A stretch of 64,000 nt of DNA, from contig CAVXLD010000003.1 of NCBI GenBank assembly GCA_963762565.1, positions 224,001 to 288,000 of the forward strand. Reading direction: 5' to 3'. The stretch is from an uncultured Verrucomicrobiae bacterium (GTDB taxonomy: Bacteria > Verrucomicrobiota > Verrucomicrobiia > Chthoniobacterales > JAFAMB01). The position numbers were made by a program, and so were the translations under genes. Shown one piece after another: positions 1 through 13,593 of the stretch. The notes beneath the pieces are model-generated. The model did no database searches. It was not told where the DNA came from and worked only from the letters and a program-made list of their open reading frames with translations. Numbering within the stretch: position 1 is the stretch's first letter; every line of letters starts with the position of its first letter.

Positions 1-533
1 CTCGCAAAGTCTCCGCGGCCGACCCCGCGCAGGTGGCTTGTATTAAAGGGCTGGTTGCGGGTACCACAAACGTATTGTTAGCAGTTTCGATCGGCGCGCG
101 ATTGCCTTCGACGATCGGGCTGGTTGCGGCGGGTCTGCTCGGGTTCTTAAGCTATGGTGTTAGTCTTACCTTTTTTGTATTAGCTCTCCGGCACATCGGC
201 ACGGCCAGGACTGGCGCCTATTTTTCTACCGCGCCGTTCATCGGTGCTCTGTTGTCATTACTGATCCTGCATGAACACGTGTCGTTCCTTTTCTGGATTG
301 CGGGCGGACTGATGGTCTTGGGCATTTGGCTTCATCTCACTGAACGCCATGTTCATTTACACCGTCATGACCCAATCACCCACGAGCATCTTCACTCGCA
401 CGATGAGCATCATCAACACGCTCACTTACCGACGGATCCGCCGGGCGAACCGCATTCACATCAGCATCGGCATGAGGAGTTGACCCACGCACATCCGCAC
501 TACCCGGATCTTCATCATCGCCATCAACATTGA
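1..533 (+). CDS. DMT/EamA-family transporter with His-rich C-terminal tail (5'-truncated by window edge)
   Basis: Hydrophobic helices, EamA-type 'LALRHIGTARTGAYFSTAPFIG' segment, tail 'HLHRHDPITHEHLHSHDEHHQHAH...HPHYPDLHHRHQH'. Confidence 0.85.
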   Translation, partial: RKVSAADPAQVACIKGLVAGTTNVLLAVSIGARLPSTIGLVAAGLLGFLSYGVSLTFFVLALRHIGTARTGAYFSTAPFIGALLSLLILHEHVSFLFWIAGGLMVLGIWLHLTERHVHLHRHDPITHEHLHSHDEHHQHAHLPTDPPGEPHSHQHRHEELTHAHPHYPDLHHRHQH

Positions 534-706
534 TTCAGGTCGGTTCGATTGGGGAAGGCTCGCTCGGAATTATAGCTCATCCGAATAAGTCTGGAAAACA
601 TAAGCCTGGTTTGGATAACCTCCGTGGCTTGTGCGAGCTCGCCCTGTTTTCTAGGGATGCCCGCAAGCCAAGCCAATACAAACCCGACAACCAAAGAGCA
701 AAGCAT

Positions 707-1831
707 ATGAAGTTCATTCAATGCACAGCCTTTTTCGCGATGGCCATACCGGCGTTTTTCGCCGTTTCATCTCAGGCCGAGGACCGTATTCCGGTGAAAG
801 TCGTGGTCATTACTACCTTCCAAAACGGTAAAGACGACGATCCGACCGGGGGAGAACTCGGCAATTGGGTTCTCAACCTACCTTTGCGTGAGACTATTCC
901 TTTCCCACAAGGTTACCACCACCTGCGTTACAACCCTGAGCTCCAAGTCCTCGGCATCGTCACTGGCGAAGGCAAATCCCATGCGGCGGCTTCAATCATG
1001 GGCCTGGGCATGGACCCACGGTTTGATCTCTCGAAGGCGTACTGGATTGTGGCCGCTATTGCCGGAGTCGATCCAAACAAAGGCAGCGTGGCCTCGACCG
1101 CTTGGGCCAAATTCGTTGTGGACGGTGATCTTGCCTATGAAATCGATGCCAGACAGATTCCAAGACGATGGTCTACCGGTTTCGTCCCATTGGGGCGTTC
1201 GAAACCTTATGGAAGGCCCTCCCAACCGTTCAATTCCAATGGTGTTCAGCAGGTTTTTCAGCTCAATGCCTCACTCGCCGATTGGGCATTCAAATTGACC
1301 AAAGACACCCAGTTGCCGGATGACCCCACTCTCCGAAAAGTCCGCGCTGGTTACCCGAGCTATCCCATTGCTCTGCTACCTCCTTTCGTGTTGGAGGGCG
1401 ACGATCTCGCTGCTGATACTTTCTGGATCGGCGACCTCTTGAATACGCGGGCCGAAAACTGGATTTCCTATTGGACCCTCAAAAAGGGCAGCTTCGCGAT
1501 GTCTGATTTTGAGGACGCCGGCGTGGGGCAAGCGCTCCAATTTCTGTCCCAAGTTGGCCGCGCCGACCAGAATCGTCTCCTGGTGCTTCGCAGCGCCAGC
1601 GACTACACCATTCAGCCTGAGGGTGAGACTCCGGCTGAGTTCCTGGCCAGTGATAATTCAGGCGGCTTGTCTGGTTTCGTGGAAGCGCTGAGCGACGTTT
1701 ATGAAATCGGCAGCATCGTCGTAAAAGAAATCAGTTCCAACTGGGACACCTACGCGGATCACACTCCCTCGCCGGCTTCGCTGCCAGCGGTGCCGATTGG
1801 CGCCAAGAACCAAGCAATCCTTAACCCTTAA
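707..1831 (+). CDS. Purine nucleoside permease (NUP)-family secreted protein
   Basis: Signal peptide from ATG 707 (MKFIQ...SQA); motifs 'ASIMGLGMDPRFDLSKAYWIVAAIAGVDP' and 'RLLVLRSASDY'. Confidence 0.8.
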   Translation: MKFIQCTAFFAMAIPAFFAVSSQAEDRIPVKVVVITTFQNGKDDDPTGGELGNWVLNLPLRETIPFPQGYHHLRYNPELQVLGIVTGEGKSHAAASIMGLGMDPRFDLSKAYWIVAAIAGVDPNKGSVASTAWAKFVVDGDLAYEIDARQIPRRWSTGFVPLGRSKPYGRPSQPFNSNGVQQVFQLNASLADWAFKLTKDTQLPDDPTLRKVRAGYPSYPIALLPPFVLEGDDLAADTFWIGDLLNTRAENWISYWTLKKGSFAMSDFEDAGVGQALQFLSQVGRADQNRLLVLRSASDYTIQPEGETPAEFLASDNSGGLSGFVEALSDVYEIGSIVVKEISSNWDTYADHTPSPASLPAVPIGAKNQAILNP

Positions 1832-1949
1832 CGACCCGGTGAGTCCGGAGAAAAAAACTTTCAATGTGGCAAGCACTGGAACTAAGAACCGAATTTGTTG
1901 ATTCTAAAGCCCGAAATTCTGTAATGACGTACTTGGTCTTTTTGAAAGA

Positions 1950-3311
1950 GTGTCTATCGCTTCTCACGTTCAGTCCGGGTGTTTTCGGATAAAGCCGTTT
2001 TGCTGCTTGCTTTCACTTGCTATTGCCTATGCTGTGTGTGCATTCGGGTCGCAGCCGCAAGAGTCAGGCGAGTCCATCACTTTGGCACGTGCCTTAGCCT
2101 TAACACTGGAACGTAGTCCACAGTTGGCTGCTTTCTCTTGGGACATCCGGGCCGCCGAAGCACGCATCCTTCAGGCTAAGCTTGTCCCGAACCCCGAGAT
2201 CAGTTGGGACGGCGAGGATTTTACGAGGGCTGGGGTACAGTCGGCTACTGAGAGCATGCAGAACACGCTTGTGCTTAGCCAACTGATCGAACTCGGAGGA
2301 AAGAGAGGCTCGCGCGTTAGGGAGGCGCGGTTGGATCGCCGGGCGGCGGAATGGGATTATCAGGTAAAGCGATTGGATGTTCTCAAAGCAACTAGTCTCG
2401 CCTTCATCGACGTGCTAAGCGGGCAACGAAAGGTCAGTTTGGCCGAGGAGAACGTTCAGCTAGCCGAACGAGAAATACCTGTAACCCAAAAAAGGGTCGA
2501 AGCGGGGCAAGCATCGAGCGTTGAACTGATCCGAACAAATACGGAGGTAGCAAAGGCTCGGATTGAGCTGACAGAGGCCACCCACGATTTGGAGGCAGCC
2601 CGTGTGAATCTGGCAGCTCAATGGGGGGCAAAGAAGGCAACCTTCGCGAGGGTATCAGGAAATCTGGAACAATTGAGACCGATTCCTTCCCTAGAATCCC
2701 TGAAGGCGAAGCTGCAAGCGAATCCGGAGCTAGCGAAATGGGCGACGGAACGCCAAAAACGTGAGGCTACTCTGAATCTTGCTCGCGCAGAAGCAAAGCC
2801 GGATCTGACGGTAAATGCTGGTCCTCGTTTGCTTGGAGCAAATCATGCAGATATGTCGGTGGTAGCCGGATTCTCAATTCCGCTGCCGCTTTGGAATCAA
2901 AATCAAGGGAAAATCGCAGAGGCAGAGGCAAACGTTGCAAAGACCAGTGACGAACGGGCGACCGCTGAGGCCGAAGCATACGCTGAGCTCAATGAAGCTT
3001 ACCAGACCTTACAGCGGGCCGCAGAAGAAGTCCGTATTCTCCGCGACACGGTGTTGCCGGGGGCCAAAAGCGTGGTTGAGCAAACTACAGAGGGATATGC
3101 GACGGGTCGCTTTAGCCAGCTAGATGTCCTCGATGCTCAGAAGAGCTATATTGAAACGCGCACCCAGTACGTTCGAGCCCTCTCGGATTTCCAGAAAGCG
3201 GCCTCTCAAATCGATGCGCTTACGGCGGGACCGGTGGAGTTGCCATCTAATGGAACGGTATCAATAACCTACCCCGGAAAGGGACAGAAAAAGACAAAGT
3301 CGGCGCCGTAG
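1950..3311 (+). CDS. czcC: TolC/CzcC-family outer membrane efflux protein
   Basis: 453 aa; 'LSQLIELGGKRGSR', 'IPLPLWNQNQG', 'YATGRFSQLDVLDAQ' OEP features; near czcB/czcA homologs. Confidence 0.85.
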   Translation: MSIASHVQSGCFRIKPFCCLLSLAIAYAVCAFGSQPQESGESITLARALALTLERSPQLAAFSWDIRAAEARILQAKLVPNPEISWDGEDFTRAGVQSATESMQNTLVLSQLIELGGKRGSRVREARLDRRAAEWDYQVKRLDVLKATSLAFIDVLSGQRKVSLAEENVQLAEREIPVTQKRVEAGQASSVELIRTNTEVAKARIELTEATHDLEAARVNLAAQWGAKKATFARVSGNLEQLRPIPSLESLKAKLQANPELAKWATERQKREATLNLARAEAKPDLTVNAGPRLLGANHADMSVVAGFSIPLPLWNQNQGKIAEAEANVAKTSDERATAEAEAYAELNEAYQTLQRAAEEVRILRDTVLPGAKSVVEQTTEGYATGRFSQLDVLDAQKSYIETRTQYVRALSDFQKAASQIDALTAGPVELPSNGTVSITYPGKGQKKTKSAP

Positions 3312-3329
3312 GGGTGTGCTGGAATTTAC

Positions 3330-3546
3330 CCGCCGCGGCGGGTAGCAGAGATTAGCCCAGGGTTTTAACCCTGGGTTGGGAGGTTTCGAGATTCGCCCTG
3401 AAAGCGGCGGCCGAGAGGCTTATTCAGGCGCTTATGCGTCGATTTTATCGGTGGTGCCAACCTCGGGTGCCGCTTTCAGGGCACCTCTCTAACCAAGCGA
3501 ACCCAGGGCTGAAGCCCTGGGCTATAGTCTTAAGCCGCTTCGCGGC
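3330..3546. repeat. REP-like nested palindromic element
   Basis: agcccagggttttaaccctggg ... ccctgaaagcggc / gccgctttcaggg ... aacccagggctgaagccctgggct, arranged as nested inverted arms between convergent genes. Confidence 0.75.
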
Positions 3547-3566
3547 ACTTCGATACACGCCTGTGC

Positions 3567-4325
3567 TTAAAAGTACGCTCCTGACTGAATGCGGACTCGG
3601 AACGAGTCCATAAAGTCATGCATGGCTTGATCGCTTAACTTGGAAACCAGAACGTAGTTACACTGCGCATTACTCCAAGTGGAGACCCGGTAACCGTCAA
3701 TTGATCGCTCGCTTGTGGACAAGTGTTCCTTATCTGGCGGCCAGCAGAACAAGCTGACAACATTGTTGTCATGTTTGTAAATGACGGTCGCGACTGAGCG
3801 ATTTTCAATTTCATCCACCCGCCCTCCAATAAGGGAATACCCGGAAGCCGGCGAACCGACCAGCGGCGGAGCGAAATCGAGTCTCGCAGTTAGCCATGGC
3901 TTGACAACCACCGGATTCGGCGAAGCGACATCTACCAAATGAGACGTGGAAAGCGAGCGGGAATGAAGCAAAACCGCTTCTCTTGAAAGCTCTTTCTCAG
4001 CGTCCGGGAAAAGTATTCTCAAAGCCAGCCAGACGCTGATTGCCACCACCGCGGTGGCATAGATCCACGGCTGCCGCCTGAAGGAAAACTTTTCCTTCGC
4101 CGGCCTAGGCCGGATCGCAGCCAAAACCCTCGCCTCCAGTTGAGGGGGCGCTTTATACTGGCTGAGGGCGGTGACGAAGAAGGCTCTAAATGCCCGGCGT
4201 TCTTCTAAGAGAGACCGACACGATTGGCAGTTGACCAAATGCTGCTCCAGCTCTTCCTCTCGGACAAACTCGAGTTCGCCGTCCAAGTAGGCATCTATGA
4301 AGTGATTGATTTCTTCGCACTTCAT
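3567..4325 (-). CDS. Membrane-anchored zinc-finger (zf-HC2) anti-sigma factor
   Basis: 'C...AYLDGEL...HLVNCQSC' HxxxCxxC motif, one TM helix, periplasmic 'VKPWL...LIGGRVD' domain; coupled to ECF sigma. Confidence 0.9.
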   Translation of the reverse strand: MKCEEINHFIDAYLDGELEFVREEELEQHLVNCQSCRSLLEERRAFRAFFVTALSQYKAPPQLEARVLAAIRPRPAKEKFSFRRQPWIYATAVVAISVWLALRILFPDAEKELSREAVLLHSRSLSTSHLVDVASPNPVVVKPWLTARLDFAPPLVGSPASGYSLIGGRVDEIENRSVATVIYKHDNNVVSLFCWPPDKEHLSTSERSIDGYRVSTWSNAQCNYVLVSKLSDQAMHDFMDSFRVRIQSGAYF

Positions 4326-4326
4326 T

Positions 4327-4842
4327 TCATGATTCCCTGGGTTGAACTTTCGCGATTTCTTCGCGCAGCTGTAGGCGGGCCCGACTTAACCGGGACATGA
4401 CCGTCCCTGGCGGCAGGTTCAGCGCTGATGCTAATTCCTTGTACGACCACCCTTCGATATCACGGAGCACCAATATTTCCCGAAACTCGACTGGCAGCTT
4501 GGCCAATGCCTCATGGAGCTGGCGGACCCGCTCTTCGTAGGACGACTCGGGAAGTGACTCCTGGGTCGGTGGCTGATGAACTGTTTCGTCGAACGGGACT
4601 AAATTGTTGTCGGCGTGATGTCTCTTGAGCCAAGTAAATGCCGTGTTTCGGACGATCATGAGTATCCACGCTCGAGCATTGCCTCCGCGAAATCCTTCGA
4701 AAGCCTTTAGAGCTTTGATGTAGGCGTCCTGAACAATATCCTGCGCGTCTTCATCGCGTTTGACCAACAGTCGTGCGAGCCGATAGGCGGCATCCAAGTG
4801 AGGCAGAACCAATTCTTCAAATCGTGCCTGTTGTTCTCTCAC
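4327..4842 (-). CDS. ECF sigma-70 factor
   Basis: Region 2 'DAQDIVQDAYIKA...ARAWILMIVRN'; region 4 'SYKELASALNLPPGTVMSRLSRAR'; GTG start. Confidence 0.92.
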   Translation of the reverse strand: MREQQARFEELVLPHLDAAYRLARLLVKRDEDAQDIVQDAYIKALKAFEGFRGGNARAWILMIVRNTAFTWLKRHHADNNLVPFDETVHQPPTQESLPESSYEERVRQLHEALAKLPVEFREILVLRDIEGWSYKELASALNLPPGTVMSRLSRARLQLREEIAKVQPRES

Positions 4843-4850
4843 TTAGAATT

Positions 4851-4875
4851 GACCATTTATTCTTGGTTTTATTCC
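4851..4875 (-). promoter_or_regulatory. Putative ECF autoregulatory promoter GGAATAA-N13-TGGTC
   Basis: Ends 8 nt upstream of the sigma GTG; same motif and spacing at five other intergenic sites. Confidence 0.7.
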
Positions 4876-4960
4876 GACAGGTTCGTTCTCTGCTATCCTC
4901 AAATCTAACCAAGTAATGCGTTTGGACGTCTCAAAAGTAACCGGTAGACTGTTTTCGCAC

Positions 4961-5959
4961 ATGAACAAGCAGGTTCTCTTGCTTCCAGTCTTAGTCGGAC
5001 TTTTGCAATTCGCCGGCTGGCGAACCCGGGCAGCGGAGCAGCGCCCAGAGATGGCCGAAATGCAAGCGAACTCTGCCGAAAAAGATAAAGACGAGCGCAA
5101 AGCTGGCGGAACCAATATTAGAGAAGGGCCAGAACCGAACGAACTTGGGCGCGTTGAACTGAGTGAGAAGCAAGCCAAGAACGCGAAGTTGGATGTGGAG
5201 GTAGCCGGCCCGGCCAAGATCAATGTGTCGCTGGAATTAACCGGCAAAATCACCTTTAACGAGGATGCGATGGCGAATGTATCTGCGCGTTATCCCGGCG
5301 TCGTCAAGGCGGTGTACAAGGGCCTGGGCGACCGGGTGCAAAAAGGTGAAGCGCTGGCCTTGATTGAAAGCAGCGAAAGCCTGCGCGACTATCAGGTGAA
5401 TTCAGACATTTCCGGAACGATCATAAAAAAAGAGGTCACGATTGGCGAGCTCGCGCGAGATGATAAACCGATCTTCATGGTGGCTGATCTCAGCACGGTC
5501 TGGGTCGATTTCAGCGTTTTCCCGCGGGATTCCAAGCGTGTGAAACTGGGCCAGGTTGTTCAGATTGATTACGCGGACAATCTTAGTACCAGAAGTAAAA
5601 TCAGTTATATCGCGCCTTTTGGATCTGAAAATACGCAGTCGACGTTGGCACGAGCTGTTGTCCCAAATCCGGACGGGCTGCTCCGACCAGGATTGTTCGT
5701 GACTGGCGAACTCTTTGTCGAAGAAATCGAGGCGCCGGTCGCGGTGCGGCCAAGTGCGATTCAGAACGTCAATGAAAAGACGGTGATCTTTACCGCGGAA
5801 GGCGTTGTGTTCGAAGCGCGAGAGGTTGAGCTCGGTACAAACGACGGCAGTTACGTACAGGTGTTATCGGGCCTGAACGCCGGCGATCGTTACGTTGCCG
5901 GAAATAGCTTTCTGCTCAAGGCAGAGCTCGGCAAGAGTGAGGTTCAGGACTCGGACTGA
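4961..5959 (+). CDS. czcB: CzcB-like RND periplasmic adaptor subunit
   Basis: N-terminal hydrophobic leader, lipoyl-like 'VSARYPGVVKAVYKGLGDRVQKGE', 'ADLSTVWVD', 'LRPGLFV', 'SFLLKAELGK'. Confidence 0.88.
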   Translation: MNKQVLLLPVLVGLLQFAGWRTRAAEQRPEMAEMQANSAEKDKDERKAGGTNIREGPEPNELGRVELSEKQAKNAKLDVEVAGPAKINVSLELTGKITFNEDAMANVSARYPGVVKAVYKGLGDRVQKGEALALIESSESLRDYQVNSDISGTIIKKEVTIGELARDDKPIFMVADLSTVWVDFSVFPRDSKRVKLGQVVQIDYADNLSTRSKISYIAPFGSENTQSTLARAVVPNPDGLLRPGLFVTGELFVEEIEAPVAVRPSAIQNVNEKTVIFTAEGVVFEAREVELGTNDGSYVQVLSGLNAGDRYVAGNSFLLKAELGKSEVQDSD

Positions 5960-6007
5960 GCGCGATGCCGGTTGGTTTGCAACTGTCTATTAGTGAGGTC
6001 TCAAGTC

Positions 6008-9173
<3,166 letters not shown>

Positions 9174-9376
9174 TAGGTGAGAAGTGATTAGTGATTGGTG
9201 ATTGGTAGGTCGACGCGCCAGAAAGATCCAGCGATCCCGGCACCCTGTCGAGACCGAGCTATGCCGTATACAGCTCAGCACTTGTCAGAAAGGTGCTTCC
9301 TGTCGAGTTATTGGTAAAACCGCAAGCTGCCAGAGCTTGTTCGGTGCAAGACGTTGGCGTTTCGGTCTAACCGATG

Positions 9377-10498
9377 CTATTTTGGAGTTAACACGACGGC
9401 GCGTTGTACACCGCTCGAATTTTTCGCGTTGCAGAGGATCTGACCGAGATCATTGATTCCGACAGCATCGGTGATGGTAAAGCCGGAGTTGGAGGAAACG
9501 AGCGTGTCCAGGTCAACCAACCCGCCGTTACTATAGATAAAGGCAACGTGCTTCCCTGGCCTGAAAGGATGATAGCTCTGAACCGGAAAGAAAGCGGTCC
9601 CGACAACCTGTGCCGAGCTGTTGACTCCGGTGGCCAAGTTCCCCGAGGTTGCCCCAGGAAAAGCTCCTAAGTCAACCCACTTTCCGTTGTTGTATACGGC
9701 GGCATGGGTGGGTCCGCTTGCGAAAAAAAAGAGCGCCGGCGATTAGTTTGCCGGTGCTATCAATAGCGTCGGCCTCGATCCGTTCGTGCTCGCGGGGAAG
9801 CCCAATGAGATCATCTTCCCGTTCGAATATAGGAAAGCCACAGTACTCGTACCACTGGTGCCGACGATCTGCCCTACATCGTTGATCGCGGAAGGCCAAT
9901 CCGGAAAGCCTAAATCGGTCATGTGTCCACCCGCGTACAAAAAAGTGTGATAGCTGTAGTTGGTTACCCAACCTACGCCTACCACCGTCCCCGAGCTATT
10001 TATTCCAGTGGGCTGAGTGCCTGAAGGAAATAGAGAGTCCGATTGGATGTCCGTCATGCTTCCGTTGCTGTACACAAAGGCTCGGAAAGTAGGGCTCGGA
10101 TTCGAATAAAAGATGTTATAGCCTGTCGCTTGGCCGGAGCCGCTGATTGCAGTGGCGACGGAAACGCTGGCGTTCAGCGTATTCATATTCGTGGCCTTAC
10201 CGTTGCTGAACAAAGTCGCGATCGCCGCACCACTGTCCGATGTACCCACTGCCTGACCGAGATTGTTGAGGCCATAGGCCTTTGTCGTCGTGTTCCCTGG
10301 CAGCGCTCCTAAATCGGCGATGGTATAGGTTTGTGCGTGCAAATGGATAGAGCTTTCTACCCAAACAAGTAAGATAGGCAGAAGGCGGAGACTCAGCCTT
10401 CTTAAACCAACCATAGACCGCATTCGTCGGCTCGATTTAGCCGACGACAAAAGATACGCCGCACAGAGGGAAAAACGGGGGGTATTTCCAGTCTTCAT
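9377..10498 (-). CDS. Secreted HAF-repeat (DUF3466-like) beta-propeller protein, copy 1, frameshifted
   Basis: Signal peptide '...HLHAQTYTIADLG'; repeats 'AYGLNNLGQAVG', 'RAFVYSNGSMTD'; C-terminus 'DAVGINDLGQILC...AVVLTPK' in a separate frame. Confidence 0.75.
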
Positions 10499-10567
10499 AA
10501 TAACTTTCGCCAGTTATTAGCGCCTGATGCTTCTCGAAGCGTGGAGACGGTTCGCTCCACTACTTAA

Positions 10568-10592
10568 GACTGAGAAATCTGCTGATTATTTC
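10568..10592 (-). promoter_or_regulatory. Putative ECF promoter GAAATAA-N13-CAGTC upstream of HAF copy 1
   Basis: Same spacing as the sigma-gene promoter. Confidence 0.55.
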
Positions 10593-10719
10593 AAAAAACT
10601 ATTGAAATGTTTGAAGTTTTTGAGTGGCCGGGATCCACTGCACTTAGTCTCGGATCCGATCTGTGAACTTATCGAGGTCACGATCACTTAATGTGTATAC
10701 GGCCACAATCAGTTTTCCG

Positions 10720-10744
10720 GGAATAAGCATGCAGGCCTGTAGTC
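10720..10744 (+). promoter_or_regulatory. Putative ECF promoter GGAATAA-N13-TAGTC upstream of the ferritin-like gene
   Basis: Motif and 13-nt spacer match the other sites. Confidence 0.6.
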
Positions 10745-10841
10745 TTCCTTGGTGAAGCGATCGAATTATCTAGCTCGGCTTAAAATCGCCTCCCCGGGTT
10801 GAAATCGCCTCCCCCTCTTTTGAAGAAACCTAACAGAACCT

Positions 10842-12053
10842 ATGAGCACATCAGACAAGCATTCTGTGACCTCTTCGTCACAGCTCCCGTCACTTGACGG
10901 CTTTGGCGGAAATCAAGCGGCCAGTCACGGCTTAAAACGTCGTTCATTTCTTAAGGGGTTCGGCGCCACGAGCGCCCTATTGCTACCCATGACAGCGATG
11001 TTGGCCAACCGGGCCAAAGGAGCCAGTACCAATGCAAGCGGACCTATATCAAGCGGCGATGCAGCGATTTTAACTTTTTTAGGTGCCGCCGAGATTCTGG
11101 AAAGCGATCTTTGGATCCAGTATTGGGAGTTGGGAGGAACGCAAGACAATGAGTTTGCGAGAATGACAGGCGGGAATCCCTTTTACACCGACGCTTTGGG
11201 CATTCTGGACAGTGATATGGCCCAATACGTCCATGACAACACAGACGACGAGATCACTCATGCCGCCTTTATCCGCGCCTACTTAGCATCGAGAGGGGCC
11301 TCCACGGCCGATCTCGATCTATTAAATGGGCATACCTTCCGTACGCTTAAAGGGAGTACAGCCCAGGGGTCGTCAGGAAAGTTACGACTCACGAACCTGA
11401 CCGCGCTCAATGTAGACACGAGCTTTTGGACACGTTATCGCAGCGACGCTAGGAATCCTGATCTTGATCCTGGATTTAAGTTTGGCCAAGCTCAAAACCG
11501 GCCGCAGGGAATTAAGAATCGGACAGCGATTCCCCGAACCGACGCAGATACAGCAGGAAGTAGCATTGGCAACCCGACTACACACCTGAAAGCAATTGCG
11601 TTCACGGCTGGGTTTCATTTTGCTACAATTGAGCAGGGCGGTACCAGTCTCTACCCTTCGTTGGCCCAACGCGTGCAGGATCCTGAGGTGTTACGGGTCG
11701 TACTGAGTATAGGTCCGACTGAAGCAATGCATTTCCAGACTTGGCAAGACAAAGCAGGTAACGCAACTCCGCTGACTAATACGGATCCGATCACGGGATC
11801 GGTAGTAACCTTTGTTGATCTTACAACAAACCAGCCACAATCACTGCAGGGGAACCTGATAATGCCGGAGCCCTGCCCATTCCTGAGTTCAAGCTTACCG
11901 ATTTGCTCCATTGTCCGTCCGACAGAGACACAAGGGGCCGCCACCGGGGCAATGAATTTCCTAACTGCAATGAACCTTTTCGCCGGCCAAAGCGGACAGT
12001 TCTTTGAACTGTTAGCTCAGATGGCAACCGACGCAGACGCCGCAAATGGTTAG
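10842..12053 (+). CDS. Tat-exported ferritin-like domain protein
   Basis: 'KRRSFLK' twin-arginine leader; di-iron-type motifs 'AEILESDLW', 'DDEITH', 'IEQGG', 'TEAMH'. Confidence 0.8.
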   Translation: MSTSDKHSVTSSSQLPSLDGFGGNQAASHGLKRRSFLKGFGATSALLLPMTAMLANRAKGASTNASGPISSGDAAILTFLGAAEILESDLWIQYWELGGTQDNEFARMTGGNPFYTDALGILDSDMAQYVHDNTDDEITHAAFIRAYLASRGASTADLDLLNGHTFRTLKGSTAQGSSGKLRLTNLTALNVDTSFWTRYRSDARNPDLDPGFKFGQAQNRPQGIKNRTAIPRTDADTAGSSIGNPTTHLKAIAFTAGFHFATIEQGGTSLYPSLAQRVQDPEVLRVVLSIGPTEAMHFQTWQDKAGNATPLTNTDPITGSVVTFVDLTTNQPQSLQGNLIMPEPCPFLSSSLPICSIVRPTETQGAATGAMNFLTAMNLFAGQSGQFFELLAQMATDADAANG

Positions 12054-12118
12054 TTCGTACTTTAAGAGCAACGACAGCTAAAGAATTTCAGGACGTTTTC
12101 TAGCTGGTCACACAGCGG

Positions 12119-12152
12119 GCCTATCCTAGCCCTCGATAGGGGCGGGATAGGC
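12119..12152 (+). terminator. Hairpin downstream of the ferritin-like gene
   Basis: gcctatcctagccc...gggcgggataggc imperfect inverted repeat; no strong U-tract. Confidence 0.4.
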
Positions 12153-12194
12153 GCCTCCGCGGCGCCAGTCAAACGAGAAAATTTAAGTTGTTTG

Positions 12195-12219
12195 GAAATA
12201 ATCCGCGTATCTCGCGGTC
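12195..12219 (+). promoter_or_regulatory. Putative ECF promoter GAAATAA-N13-CGGTC with no downstream ORF
   Basis: Motif match; spacer resembles those of the HAF promoters; followed by hairpin gggccggtc-agg-gaccggccc. Confidence 0.5.
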
Positions 12220-12375
12220 TTTAGTCGAAATCACATAGCCTATCCTGCCGCAAAAGGGGGCCGGTCAGGGACCGGCCCTCAGCTATTTCGGAGATGCGCG
12301 GGCCACCTACCTTTGGACCCACGATGTCTTTTGCTAGATTTTACGAGCGCAAGACGGTGATCTCGGTCTATCGCA

Positions 12376-13499
12376 TTATTTCGGAGTCAACATGACGGCG
12401 CGTTTGGCACCGCTCGAATTTGTCGCGTTGCAGAGGATCTGACCAGGATCATTGGTGCCGAGTGCATCGGTGATGGTAAACCCGGAGTTAGTGGGGATCA
12501 GCGTATTTAGGTCGACCAAAGTGTGGTTACTGTAGATAAACCCAACGTGCTTGCCAGGTTTGAATGGATGATAACTCTTAACCGGAAATATGGCGGTACC
12601 GACAACCTGGGCGTAACTGTTCACTCCTCTGGCCGAGGTGCCCAAGGCCCCCGGGAACGCTCCCAGGTCTACCCATCTGCCGTTCTTGTGTAGGGCGGCA
12701 TGCGACGTTGCGCCGATATAAATGGCGCGGGGCGATTAGCTTACCGGTGCTATCAATAGCAAAAGCGCTAGAGCGCAGACGCGCCAACGGGGAAGCCCAA
12801 TGAGGTCATCTTCCCATTAAAATACCGGAAAGCCCCAGCGGTTGTGCCATTGCCGACGATCTGCCCCGCATCGTTGATCGCAGCAGCCGAAGCCTGATAC
12901 CCGCCACCCAAATCGATCATGTTTCCGCCGGTGTACAAGAAGGCGTGAAAACTAGAGCTATTCACCCAGCCTTGGCCTACTACCATTCCAGAGCTATTTA
13001 TTCCCCAGGCCTGAGTGCCCGAAGGGAACAATGAGTCCGATTGGATATCGGTCATACTGCCGTTGCTATACAAAAAAGCTCGAAAGATAGGATTCGGATC
13101 CGAATCAAAGATGTTATAGCCGGCTGCTTCGCTGGAACTGCCAATTGATGTGGCGACAGAAGCGCTTGCGTTAAGCGTGTTCATATTCGTGACCGTTCCG
13201 TTGCTGAACAAGGTCGCGGTCGCAGCACCGCTATCCGATGTGCCCACGGCCTGTCCAAGACTGTTGAGGCCATAAGCATTAGTCGTGGTGTTTCTTGGCA
13301 GCGCTCCTAAATCGGTTATCGTAAAGCTTTGTGCATGCAAAGGGATAGGGCTTTCCAACCAAACAAGTAAGATAGGCAAAACGAGGAGGCTCAACCTTTT
13401 CAAACTAACCGTTGGTTGAATTCGGCTATCGCTGGATTTAGCCGACGAGAGAACAGACGCCCGACAGGGTGTGTGACGGGGGGTATCGACAGTCTTCAG
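12376..13499 (-). CDS. Secreted HAF-repeat protein, copy 2, frameshifted (start uncertain)
   Basis: Literal 'HAFLYTGG' repeat; strong similarity to 9377-10498 including the C-terminus 'ILCNATNSSGAKRAVMLTPK'. Confidence 0.75.
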
Positions 13500-13568
13500 A
13501 ATAGCTTTGCTGATTGCTGGAGCTGGACTGCTGCTCGAACCGTGGTTACGGTTCGCTCCGTCACTGAA

Positions 13569-13593
13569 GACCACGGAATACGCTGATTATTCC
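13569..13593 (-). promoter_or_regulatory. Putative ECF promoter GGAATAA-N13-TGGTC upstream of HAF copy 2
   Basis: Both boxes identical to the sigma-gene promoter. Confidence 0.65.

Noticed and set aside
530..706. Long N-terminal extensions given by the ORF track (530, 15719, 22447, 38392, 51540, 62804)
   Set aside because: Downstream starts fit signal peptides, operators or the riboswitch better
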